Origin: an uncultured bacterium
GTDB taxonomy: Bacteria; Armatimonadota; UBA5829
Direction of reading: 5' to 3'
DNA length: 64,000 nucleotides
Assembly (NCBI GenBank): GCA_964523735.1
Contig: CAZFYZ010000003.1
Location: 7,170 to 71,169, forward strand
The notes under the pieces were generated by a model. The model was given only the letters and a program-made list of their open reading frames with translations. It did no database searches and was not told the DNA's origin. Positions 28,071-36,852 of this stretch are shown piece by piece. Every line of letters starts with the position of its first letter. The stretch's first letter is position 1. Both the position numbers and the translations under genes were made by a program.

Positions 28071-28287
28071 ACACAGGAAAGTTGCCGGGTCATCTGGCCC
28101 GGCTGTATTCATCCTCCGGCTGTCGTAGTGGCGTGCTATGCGCTCCCCGCGCTGTAAGGTGCGCCCCAAAGACGGTGGCTGGCAAGGTCGGATACTTGCC
28201 TATGACCAGCAGAACATTCGCCCGGTCATAGACGCAAAGGTCGGCTTGATCCGGCGCAGGGATCTCGGAAGGAGGACCATCTTCCAA

Positions 28288-28776
28288 ATGGAGATCGGCG
28301 ATAGAGTCTTGCACCCAAGGTATGGAGTCGGTGTAATCGACGGAATCGAAACGCGTGTCCAGGATGGGCTACAGCGCGAATACTACGTAATACCAAAACC
28401 CTCGCTATCCTCAACGATTTTCGTGCCGGTGGACTCGGCAGACGAGGTCGGGCTGCGGCCGGTTGCGTCGCAGGATACACTCGAGGAAGCACTCAAGATC
28501 ATTGCAGGCGAATCGGACGACACTGGGGTGGCGCTCGGTTTGCGCAACCTCAGTTGGAACGATCCGCTCGATCTGGCACGTGCAATACGGCACCAGCTCG
28601 AGGAACCCAAAGCCCGTTACCCCAAAGTGAGCGAGCAGCACCAGCTCAAGCGCGCGAAGAAGCTGCTGGCTGAGGAATTGTCAATAGTCCTCGGAGTGAC
28701 CGAGGACAGCCTTGTGCCAATCCTCAACGGTGAGCCTGCCAGGGCAGGCGGCACAGCCGTGGCTAAGAGCGCGTAG
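28288..28776 (+). CDS. carD: CarD/CdnL-family RNA-polymerase-binding transcription factor
   Basis: MEIGDRVLHPRYGVGVIDGIETRVQDGLQREYYVI matches the CarD_CdnL_TRCF N-domain. A GGAGG RBS lies 12 nt upstream of ATG 28288. The length is 162 aa. The in-frame upstream extension to 28138 is probably UTR. Confidence 0.85.
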   Translation: MEIGDRVLHPRYGVGVIDGIETRVQDGLQREYYVIPKPSLSSTIFVPVDSADEVGLRPVASQDTLEEALKIIAGESDDTGVALGLRNLSWNDPLDLARAIRHQLEEPKARYPKVSEQHQLKRAKKLLAEELSIVLGVTEDSLVPILNGEPARAGGTAVAKSA

Positions 28777-28818
28777 GTATTACGCGCGTTGTAGGAGGGT
28801 TCTCTGAACCCCGTGGTT

Positions 28819-29150
28819 GGGCGTCGGAGACGCCTCCTACAACGGAGCGTTCACCAGACCCCAACATTGGGCGTCGGAGACGCCTTCTACAACGTAGCGT
28901 TCACCGGACCCCGGCATCGGGCGTCAGAGACGCCTTCTACAACGTAGCGTTCACCAGACCCCAACATTGGGCGTCGGAGACGCCTCCTACAACGGAGCGT
29001 TCACCAGACCCCGGCATCGGGCGTCGGAGACGCCTCCTACAACGGAGCGTTCACCGGACCCCGGCATCGGGCGTCGGAGACGCCTCCTACAACGGAGCGT
29101 TCACCAGACCCCGGCATTGGGCGTCGGAGACGCCTCCTACAACGTCAGCT
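28819..29150. repeat. tandem array of about 6.5 copies of a 50-bp unit (GGGCGTCGGAGACGCC hairpin + TCCTACAACGGAGCGTTCACCAGACCCCGGCATC)
   Basis: Unit starts at 28819, 28869, 28919 and so on, giving a 50-bp period. It has the same GGCGTCnnnGACGCC-yC-CTACA core as the 47-bp array. It abuts the stop codon of the minus-strand gene at 29145. Confidence 0.9.
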
Positions 29151-30131
29151 TAGCATCTCCACGAAGCTTTCAATGCGCACCTTCGTCCGCGCGTCGAGCT
29201 TCGAGGGCGCGTCACCCTCTAGCGTGAGTATCGGCACGTTGATGTGCTTGCGGATGATCAGATCCTGGATCTGCCGGAAACAGAAGCTCTGCGTGTAGTG
29301 TATCAGGCCCCTGATTCCCCGCCGCTCTACCTCCACCCCGATGTCCTCAACCCGCGCGAACACGTCGTAGGGATACGTGTAGCGGGAGTACTGGTCCACC
29401 AGGCTATCAGTCTCGAACGGCATCGTGAACTGCCGCTGGACTTCGTTGAAGACAATCCGTGCGCCAAGCGTCTCGATCCACTCGTAGAAGTCGGTGAAGA
29501 TGGGCGGGACGCCGATGTAGCCAAGGCGAAGTGGAGAGTGATGAGTGGCGAGCGGAGAGCCCGCTTCGTTGCGAACTGAAAGCCTCCGGTCAAGCTCCCC
29601 CTCGAATGCAACCGGGCTGCCGTTGAAGTCGCTGCAGCAGATCTGGTAGTAGTGGTTCTCGAACGACGTGACTGAGTCTGTGGTCCAGGTCAGTTCGTCG
29701 AGCTTCCAGGCTTTGTGGCGGACAAGGTCAAGTTTTCTCTTCCACTCAGTCGAGTCCTCCCAGCTAGTGCCCAGGCGTGCGATGAGCTTGTCGATCTGCA
29801 TGCGCAGGAGGTCGCGATCCCGGCCATAAGGGAAGGCGAAAGGGATGATCTCGAGGCCTTTCTCCTGCAGCGTCTCGACCATCGCCTGGGTTTGGGAGCA
29901 GTCACCCTCGACAACGGCAATCAGGGCATCGATACCGGCGGCCTGAGCAATCGAGTAGATCCCCTTGATCCATCCACAGGCGTTACGAGGGTAGCCCTCG
30001 AGCTCGGCCTGCGCGACCAGCGCGGCAGGGTCATCTGAGGTGATGAAGATGTTGTTGAGGTCAACGGGTGTGCAGCCGGCCGCGTAGACTACCTCAACGG
30101 GAATGGTGGTCGTGAGCCCAATCCGTCGCAT
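29145..30131 (-). CDS. 2-hydroxyacyl-CoA dehydratase / BcrC-BadD-HgdB family (HGD-D-like) protein
   Basis: The C-terminal YTQSFCFRQIQDLIIRKHINVPILTLEGD is typical of the HgdB/BcrC family. The start ATG 30131 (MRRIGLTT) is immediately adjacent to the queE stop, which suggests translational coupling. Confidence 0.55.
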   Translation of the reverse strand: MRRIGLTTTIPVEVVYAAGCTPVDLNNIFITSDDPAALVAQAELEGYPRNACGWIKGIYSIAQAAGIDALIAVVEGDCSQTQAMVETLQEKGLEIIPFAFPYGRDRDLLRMQIDKLIARLGTSWEDSTEWKRKLDLVRHKAWKLDELTWTTDSVTSFENHYYQICCSDFNGSPVAFEGELDRRLSVRNEAGSPLATHHSPLRLGYIGVPPIFTDFYEWIETLGARIVFNEVQRQFTMPFETDSLVDQYSRYTYPYDVFARVEDIGVEVERRGIRGLIHYTQSFCFRQIQDLIIRKHINVPILTLEGDAPSKLDARTKVRIESFVEMLS

Positions 30132-30133
30132 GC

Positions 30134-30889
30134 CTACAGCACCTCGAGGATCTTGTGGCACTGAGGGATCACGCGGACATCGTCGAGTTCGGCCAACGCA
30201 GCGTCCTGCAGGCTCATAAGTTGGCTTGCGGTGATCTTTTCGACACCGGTCATCGGCTGGATGACCATCGGTACGCGCCTGTCTACTGTGCTGACAATCT
30301 TAGCAGCGCGGGAGATCTCACCCTCGCCGGTTGTGCTCGATACGACCGCCTTCACAAACGTCTCTACCCCGCTCGATTGCGCGGCTGCCAGGAAATGAGC
30401 GTGATCCTCCCAACACTGGCACCCGGCGGCGCTGGGGAGCTTGATGTCCATCGCCAGGACATCCACAGAGCGAAGCACCGATTCGAGCCCCTCGCGAAGA
30501 GTGCCGTTGGTCTCCAGATAGACCCGGAAGCCGCCGGTCTTGAGCTCGGAGGCGAGCGCGGCGGCGAACTCAGGCTGGTAAAGCGGTTCGCCTCCCGTCA
30601 CAGACACGACCTTGGAAGCCAGAAGCTTGCAGGCGGCCACAAGCGATTCGGGGGTTGTTGGGTTTGGCGCCTCATAGAACACCCCGGAGCCCGGGGCCCT
30701 CTCTATGCGGCAGACTGCGGGACGCCGTTCTCTTGACGAGGGAGTGTCGCAGTAGTCGCAGGTGAGGTTGCAGCCGGCGAACCTGACGAAAGTCTGTCTC
30801 TGGCCGCAGTAAAGGCCTTCGCCCTGGATCGAGGCGAAGACCTCATAGACATATCCAACCTGCTGTAGAGCTGGGCGGAGGTCAGTCAT
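30134..30889 (-). CDS. queE: 7-carboxy-7-deazaguanine synthase QueE (radical SAM)
   Basis: CNLTCDYCDT radical-SAM cluster motif, with a QueE-like N-terminus (VFASIQGEG). Confidence 0.9.
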   Translation of the reverse strand: MTDLRPALQQVGYVYEVFASIQGEGLYCGQRQTFVRFAGCNLTCDYCDTPSSRERRPAVCRIERAPGSGVFYEAPNPTTPESLVAACKLLASKVVSVTGGEPLYQPEFAAALASELKTGGFRVYLETNGTLREGLESVLRSVDVLAMDIKLPSAAGCQCWEDHAHFLAAAQSSGVETFVKAVVSSTTGEGEISRAAKIVSTVDRRVPMVIQPMTGVEKITASQLMSLQDAALAELDDVRVIPQCHKILEVL

Positions 30890-31244
30890 CTTCGTAGTAG
30901 GTAGCGCACGAGGTAGCCGTCTCCCAGACGCTCACGCTCACGAGCTCGGGGTGATCGGTCTTCATTCGCTGGTATATAAGCCGCGCGATGTTCTCGGCCG
31001 TGGGGTTGATCTCTTTGAACTCAGGCAGGTCGTTCATATAGGCGTGGTCTAGATACTGCGTAACCTCGCGCAGGCTCTCTTTAGCCTTGCGAAAGTCGAG
31101 CGACATCCCCAGGCTGTCCAGTTCCCTGAACCTGAACTTCGCGCTGGCTCTATATGTATGCCCGTGCAGGTTCTGGCAAGCGCCATCATATCCTCGCAGG
31201 CAATGGGCCGAGTCGAACGTGTCTTCTATGGTGATCTCATACAT
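30882..31244 (-). CDS. queD: 6-carboxy-5,6,7,8-tetrahydropterin synthase QueD
   Basis: Motifs CxxxHGH (AHCLRGYDGACQNLHGHTY) and PTPS-fold. Length 120 aa. It overlaps the queE start. Confidence 0.9.
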   Translation of the reverse strand: MYEITIEDTFDSAHCLRGYDGACQNLHGHTYRASAKFRFRELDSLGMSLDFRKAKESLREVTQYLDHAYMNDLPEFKEINPTAENIARLIYQRMKTDHPELVSVSVWETATSCATYYEDD

Positions 31245-31346
31245 GGGTGCGTGTTCCTTAGGGAGATATTATACCACGGCCAGACGGCCGAGCTTGCCAA
31301 CGTGCGGGCAAGGACAAGACCCGTTCGCGTCGAATGATATCCTGGA

Positions 31347-32867
31347 ATGGCAAACACAGTAGATCGCGAGACACTGAGCATGCTCCCAGACCTGCCCGAG
31401 CTGGAGTCGGTGGAGGCCAACATTCGCGGCCACCTGATCGCAGTGGTTGTTGCGTTGGTCTTCGCGGGAGGCTTCCTGTCTGTCATACTCTGGGTCTATC
31501 TGACAGCTCTGCAATCCACGGCCGATCTGCGCAACATCATTGTGATCAGTGCGGCGATATCAGCGGGCCTATGCCTGTGGCTGCTCTATCGGCTCGTCTT
31601 CGACGACTTCGCCTGGCATAGCGACAGCACGGGTCTGTTTCAACGCAACCTTGTTCGCCGCAAGTTCACTCCGTGGGACCGGATGAGCGGAGCTCCGGCG
31701 AGGCTCATCAAGCTGGCAACTCAGATGTACAGTCTTACTGCGCTTGCGGCCTCGGTTTGGCAGCATTGCAGGAGGCATAGAGTACCAGGTGCGGAGTTAT
31801 CTATGCTAGCGCAGAGCTTCTGGGGTGTGGTACCAGACGAAGTGCCGACGGTGATCGAGTGGGAGGACCCCAAGAACGTGCGTCGCGCCTACCGCGCGTG
31901 GGTGGCGACCGGCTTAGTGCTTGCGGCAATCGGCTTGGGGCTGTTTGCCGCATCGTTCGTCTGCCGATGCGCCGACGACCTCCGCTTCTTTGCATTCATC
32001 CTGGGACTGTATGTGCCACTGTTCGTGCTTGTTCACGCGTTCGGGTTGCGGTCTCGAGCCTCTTTCGTCCAGCTCGATTCGCTGTCGCTTCAGGTGCATA
32101 CGCTGAGAGGGCTAATAGGACTAGAAGCCGCTCAGGTGGTTCGCGCCAGGTGGCTAGCTGATGGGCTGAGTCTGCACACAGCAGAACAGCGAGTGGTGAT
32201 TCCTTCCGGCGTGGAGCACGAGGAAACTGGCAAACTCATACTCGCCATCGTCAGATGGTTGAGGTCGGCGGCTCACCCAATTCCGGTCACCATACCACCA
32301 TCGTTGCGCTCATACCCGTGTGCCAGCCCGGAGGAAGCCAGCGAGATAGCTGCTGACACGGCCAAACTGAGAACGAGCCTTGGCGAGAGGATCGTATCGG
32401 CCGCCCTCCCAATCATGCTGCTGGTGGTCCCGGCTCTCGGGGCATCGTTCGACGGGTCGATGAACCGCGTCATCGGTATGGCTATTGCGGGGGGAGGTGT
32501 GGTGCTGGCGGCTGCCATCTGGTGGCTGGCGAACAGTTACTCCATGATTGCCGACTCCGACGGGCTGACGAAGACATTCCTGTGGTGGAAACGTCGCTTG
32601 CTATGGATTGATGTCAGCGACTATACGCAGAGCAGACCGATGGGCAGCCGGAGCAGAGACGTCAGAGCATACGGGACAGTGCAAACGTTTCGAACTGCGG
32701 ACGGCCGCATCGCGATGCGGTTCTCTCTGGATGTTGGATCGGGTAAGGACCGGGAACGCCTCATGAGATTCATCCACGGCCGCCTCGCCGAGCATCTGCC
32801 GCCTGAGAAGCTCAACAAGCCCTGGAAGTCAAGACCGTGGGAGCCGCCCACGGCCTTGACTGAGTGA
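31347..32867 (+). CDS. hypothetical polytopic membrane protein
   Basis: Multiple TM segments. No family was recognised. Confidence 0.6.
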   Translation: MANTVDRETLSMLPDLPELESVEANIRGHLIAVVVALVFAGGFLSVILWVYLTALQSTADLRNIIVISAAISAGLCLWLLYRLVFDDFAWHSDSTGLFQRNLVRRKFTPWDRMSGAPARLIKLATQMYSLTALAASVWQHCRRHRVPGAELSMLAQSFWGVVPDEVPTVIEWEDPKNVRRAYRAWVATGLVLAAIGLGLFAASFVCRCADDLRFFAFILGLYVPLFVLVHAFGLRSRASFVQLDSLSLQVHTLRGLIGLEAAQVVRARWLADGLSLHTAEQRVVIPSGVEHEETGKLILAIVRWLRSAAHPIPVTIPPSLRSYPCASPEEASEIAADTAKLRTSLGERIVSAALPIMLLVVPALGASFDGSMNRVIGMAIAGGGVVLAAAIWWLANSYSMIADSDGLTKTFLWWKRRLLWIDVSDYTQSRPMGSRSRDVRAYGTVQTFRTADGRIAMRFSLDVGSGKDRERLMRFIHGRLAEHLPPEKLNKPWKSRPWEPPTALTE

Positions 32868-32869
32868 TC

Positions 32870-35725
32870 CTACCACCAATCCCCCGCCTGCCGCAGCAGC
32901 AGGACTGGATAGCCGCTCTCGTATGAGCAGATGCCCATTGCCTTGACAAAGGCGCCTTGGGCAGGAGGAGTGATGTTGCCGCATCTGACGAGCACACCCT
33001 TGATTCCCGATGGATCGACCACACCACTTCCATCGTCAAGAGTGAAGCTGTAAGGCGGACCGATAGGTCCGTTCGAGTATGTCACGTTGCCCCAAATCTG
33101 AACCAGCAGCCCGATTGTGTTAAGCCCCGAGCCGCCGATCACGCCCGGCTGGAGGCCCATCGCGCCGCCCCCGAGCGCCCGACCGGTCAGGCCCCTGGGT
33201 CTCAACGGGGCGAGCGATGTCCCAAGAGGCGCAACTTCCGAGTTCGATAGATGGAGTTCCCCGGTCGGGCTGTAGTTCAGGATACCGGCGATGTCGATCT
33301 GGGCGCCCTGTACCATCTGGTCGGTGCAGTCGGTGCGAACGCCGCATATCCTGCTGTAGTCCTCCGCGTAGACAACACCCGACTGATAGGAACCGGAGGA
33401 GGTCGCGTATATGCCCTTGACCCCGACTGGCAACCCGAGCGCGGCTGTCGTCTTGATGGCCCCGATCGACGGGTAGAACGTCACCGCCATGATACCGTCG
33501 GAGGCCGCCAGAGGCCCCACAAGCCCAGCGGCGTTCCTTGCTCGGACCGTCCCCGTGTAGGTCGTGCCCATCAGCAGACTGAGGCCGGCGGCCGTGTAGT
33601 TGGTGTTCGCATTGCCCATCCACCCGTTCCAGATCGAGTTCCCCGCCTGGTCGGTGATGTCGAGGGAGTAGTCGGCGATCGGGGAGACATCCTCCGGAGC
33701 AGCCGACCAACTGAAGGCCAACTGGTTGTACTGATCTGTCCCCGCGCCGCCATCCAGAACCGGGGCGGGAGGGCCGGGAGGCGTCAAGTCGATCGTGAGA
33801 GGAGCACTCGCCGCGACCGCGCCGTTGAGACCGGCGCCGTTCACGCCTTGGACGTCCGCATAGCAGGAGTTGCCGTGCTGCAAGGTCAGGCCGCCGAACG
33901 TGCACATCGTCTGCGGCAGCGGGACGTATAGGCTCGCGATCGGAGCGAAGACGCCATTCCTGCGCAGCGTCACCTGGTGGCCGACTGTGCCGCTCTCCGG
34001 GTCGGGCGGCGCGGGAGCCCATGTGACAGTCGCCGTCGTAGGATTGGATGAGTACGGAGCCTCAATTATCGTCGCGAACGGCGGCGGGGCTGGCGGAGAC
34101 GTCGTGTCGATGATGATGTAGATGGGTGAAGCGACAGAACCGGTGTTGCCGAAGTTGTCTGAACCAAACATCAGCACGAAGTGGGTACCGTTCGTCTGAG
34201 CAGCGCTGGTGAAGTCGAAGCTCTCCACGTCGCTATCGAACGTGCCATCGCTGGGAGTCGTCGGAAGAGCGGGAGTGCTGTCCACGCTGTAGCTGGCCGT
34301 GACTCTGTTGATGCTCACCGGAGTGCGAATCGTTGACGGCCAAGCGCCAGCCTGAACCGTGCCATGGCCCGTGATCTGTGGATTGCTCGAGTAGGGTGGG
34401 CTGTAGAAGTCGAGATAGGCGGATGGGAACGTGATCGGCGCATCCACCGGATCGAGTATGCCGTCGCTGTCCGAGTCTCGCCAGCCCACATGCCCCTTCG
34501 TAAACGTGCACAACTGAAGAGTGTTGCTCGCCATCAGGCAGGTGACAGGACTGGCGGTGCAGTTGACACAGTTGCCGTTGGTAACACCCAGGTAGCCGTA
34601 GTTCGAGCAAGTGCAGGTGCCCGCGCCGGCGTATTCGTCGGGCGCGCCGAAGATGTGGCCTGTCTCATGAGCAAGGACCTGATTCATCCGGGAGAGCGCC
34701 CACTGGCCCGTTGGAGTTCCGTTATCGTACGTCATGACCACGTAGGGGCCATAGAGGTAGGCGAACGCCGAGGCGGAGTTGGGGAACATGCCATCCGAGT
34801 CATTCAGGCTGTCTGCGACGAAGACTGAGTAGGCCCAGTCGGTCGAGTAGGTTTGTCGCATCCAGTTGTCATAAGCGTAAGCCTGCGCGAATGCGGTCAG
34901 GCCGGAGAAGCCCATGGTCGTCAGGGCACTTCCCACCCAAGCAGTCTCGCCGTTGTTTGCCGAGGAGATGCTGATGGGCTCGAGTGGAATCGAGACGCCC
35001 AGACGCTGGTCATAGAAGAACGTCAGGCGAGCGGCCGTGCCACCCTGAGTGCCCCACCAGGTTGCACCAGCCACTATCTTGTTGTAGACAAGCTGCCGCC
35101 TGTTCTGGCCGGGGTAGGCGGCATCGAAGTTCGCCCAGTTCTCCCCGTTGCCGGTCGATTCCGGCAAGACCACGCCAATGGCCACGCTGCTGATCATGAA
35201 CTCGCTTGTCTGGAACTGGCCAGGGGCGCCGACCTGTGGTCGCGCGGTTGTTCCGCCTGGTTTGGCTGGAAGAGGCTCGCCTTCCACTAGTGGGCCAAGC
35301 GCGTCGTCTGGACACGGCTGGAGTTCAGGCGGGGGCGGGGGCTCATCAATGTGCTCGAGCAGATAGTCGTAAGCCCCAGCCGCGTAGATGGCCTCCTCAC
35401 CCATCGGATCCACTACTCCAATGGGCAGAGGGCCACGAAGAACCTGTGTTACGAAAGGCCGGCTCATGATCAGGGGTTCCGCGCCAGGTGGAAGGGTGGC
35501 TATCAAGCAACATCCAGTCAACTCAAGAGCTGGGCCGTGGACAGGCATCACGTGGTAGACCTGGCCACCGACCTCGGCTGCGGCAGACACAACGTCATGC
35601 GCAGCTTGGATAGGCATTCCGGCGCCTTCCATCACGACAAACGCCGGGTCAGGCAACAGACCCGCCGAGGCGGGCATAGTGGTGAGGCAGAACAGGACCG
35701 ACAGGATGCGAACAAGGACTTTCAT
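32870..35725 (-). CDS. secreted zinc metalloprotease-like protein with snapalysin/M7-type HExxHxxGxxD motif and Fn3/Ig-like repeats
   Basis: The start is MKVLVRILSVLFC, with a GAGGGGAGAG RBS. HETGHIFGAPDEY = HExxHxxGxxD(E). Ser/Thr/Pro-rich beta-domains are present. Confidence 0.7.
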   Translation of the reverse strand: MKVLVRILSVLFCLTTMPASAGLLPDPAFVVMEGAGMPIQAAHDVVSAAAEVGGQVYHVMPVHGPALELTGCCLIATLPPGAEPLIMSRPFVTQVLRGPLPIGVVDPMGEEAIYAAGAYDYLLEHIDEPPPPPELQPCPDDALGPLVEGEPLPAKPGGTTARPQVGAPGQFQTSEFMISSVAIGVVLPESTGNGENWANFDAAYPGQNRRQLVYNKIVAGATWWGTQGGTAARLTFFYDQRLGVSIPLEPISISSANNGETAWVGSALTTMGFSGLTAFAQAYAYDNWMRQTYSTDWAYSVFVADSLNDSDGMFPNSASAFAYLYGPYVVMTYDNGTPTGQWALSRMNQVLAHETGHIFGAPDEYAGAGTCTCSNYGYLGVTNGNCVNCTASPVTCLMASNTLQLCTFTKGHVGWRDSDSDGILDPVDAPITFPSAYLDFYSPPYSSNPQITGHGTVQAGAWPSTIRTPVSINRVTASYSVDSTPALPTTPSDGTFDSDVESFDFTSAAQTNGTHFVLMFGSDNFGNTGSVASPIYIIIDTTSPPAPPPFATIIEAPYSSNPTTATVTWAPAPPDPESGTVGHQVTLRRNGVFAPIASLYVPLPQTMCTFGGLTLQHGNSCYADVQGVNGAGLNGAVAASAPLTIDLTPPGPPAPVLDGGAGTDQYNQLAFSWSAAPEDVSPIADYSLDITDQAGNSIWNGWMGNANTNYTAAGLSLLMGTTYTGTVRARNAAGLVGPLAASDGIMAVTFYPSIGAIKTTAALGLPVGVKGIYATSSGSYQSGVVYAEDYSRICGVRTDCTDQMVQGAQIDIAGILNYSPTGELHLSNSEVAPLGTSLAPLRPRGLTGRALGGGAMGLQPGVIGGSGLNTIGLLVQIWGNVTYSNGPIGPPYSFTLDDGSGVVDPSGIKGVLVRCGNITPPAQGAFVKAMGICSYESGYPVLLLRQAGDWW

Positions 35726-35922
35726 CTCTCCCCTCGCGTGCCGGACGTTGTGCAGCGTAAGCGATACTGAGACGACTACTACTGCCAGCGTCACGAGTTC
35801 GTCCCAGGTGTGCCCGATCTGTAGGCAAAGCCTGGCGTTCGAATCACTGCATGGATAGCATGCAATCGGGAGTTTGTCAAGATCAGGACGGACAGAAGCC
35901 TGATCTATGACGCACAGAAGTC

Positions 35923-36681
35923 CTACTTCTTATCGCGCGTTTCGGTTCTATGCTGTAGGAACCACCCCGGCAGGTCCGCCTCGGCGTAGGCGGAGTCCCA
36001 GGAGCCGTGGCCGACTCCGGGGTAGATCGTGAGCTTGCACGACCCGCCGGCCTCCTGCAGATACCTCTCCATCTCCCTGGACCTCTCAACGGATACGACC
36101 TCGTCTTGCTCTCCGTGGAACACCCAGATCGGCATCTTCGTGAGCTTGCGAGCAATGCTCTGGTCACCCCAGCCGCAAATCGGGGCGATGGCCGCGAAGA
36201 GATCGGGATGCCTGGCCGCGACTGCCCACGTGCCGTGCCCGCCCTGCGAGAGGCCGGTGAGGTAGATGCGCGAGGGATCGACGTTGTACTCCCGCCGGGT
36301 CTGCTCCAGGGCCGCCATTACCATCGCATCCTCGTCCTCCCAGTTGTCTGTGGCAATCTGCTTCTGGGGGAAGATGACGATGAAGGGCCATCGGTTCACA
36401 TCCAGTAGAATCGATCTGCCCAAACCGACCGCGACTTGTTTCCAGCCGTCGGTGCCGCACTCGCCCCTCCCGTTGAGGAAGATGATCGTGGGCATGGGGG
36501 ATCTCGGGTCGTAGTTGGCGGGGATGTAGACGACGTACTTGGTGTCCTTGCCGTCTACAGCGACGGTCTTGGCGAGGAAGCCTTTAGCGGCAGCGGGATC
36601 AGTGCTGCTCGCATCTGCTGCCCCCACTGACGCGGCAGTGAGAAGTGATGATACCGTAAGGATCGGAATCAGGCTGCTCAT
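35923..36681 (-). CDS. secreted alpha/beta-hydrolase (esterase / PHB-depolymerase-type carbohydrate esterase)
   Basis: Signal peptide present. GLSQGG nucleophile elbow. An HG...W..D motif lies near the C-terminus. Confidence 0.8.
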   Translation of the reverse strand: MSSLIPILTVSSLLTAASVGAADASSTDPAAAKGFLAKTVAVDGKDTKYVVYIPANYDPRSPMPTIIFLNGRGECGTDGWKQVAVGLGRSILLDVNRWPFIVIFPQKQIATDNWEDEDAMVMAALEQTRREYNVDPSRIYLTGLSQGGHGTWAVAARHPDLFAAIAPICGWGDQSIARKLTKMPIWVFHGEQDEVVSVERSREMERYLQEAGGSCKLTIYPGVGHGSWDSAYAEADLPGWFLQHRTETRDKK

Positions 36682-36852
36682 ACCGACAGCTTCTTAGATG
36701 GTGGCAGAATTCCTCTTGCGGTGTGCGTTCAGTTTTGCTGAGTGCCTGCCAGGGTATCAACTACCTGACTCTCTGATCGACGCTGAACGTGGCAACCGGG
36801 CCTGTCCACGATGGGCGTCGCGCATTGATCCGGAGACTCAAGGGGAAAAGAG

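Noticed and set aside
28967-29227. ORF inside the 50-bp repeat array
   Set aside because: Same reasoning: the period is 50 bp and the 'protein' is repetitive.
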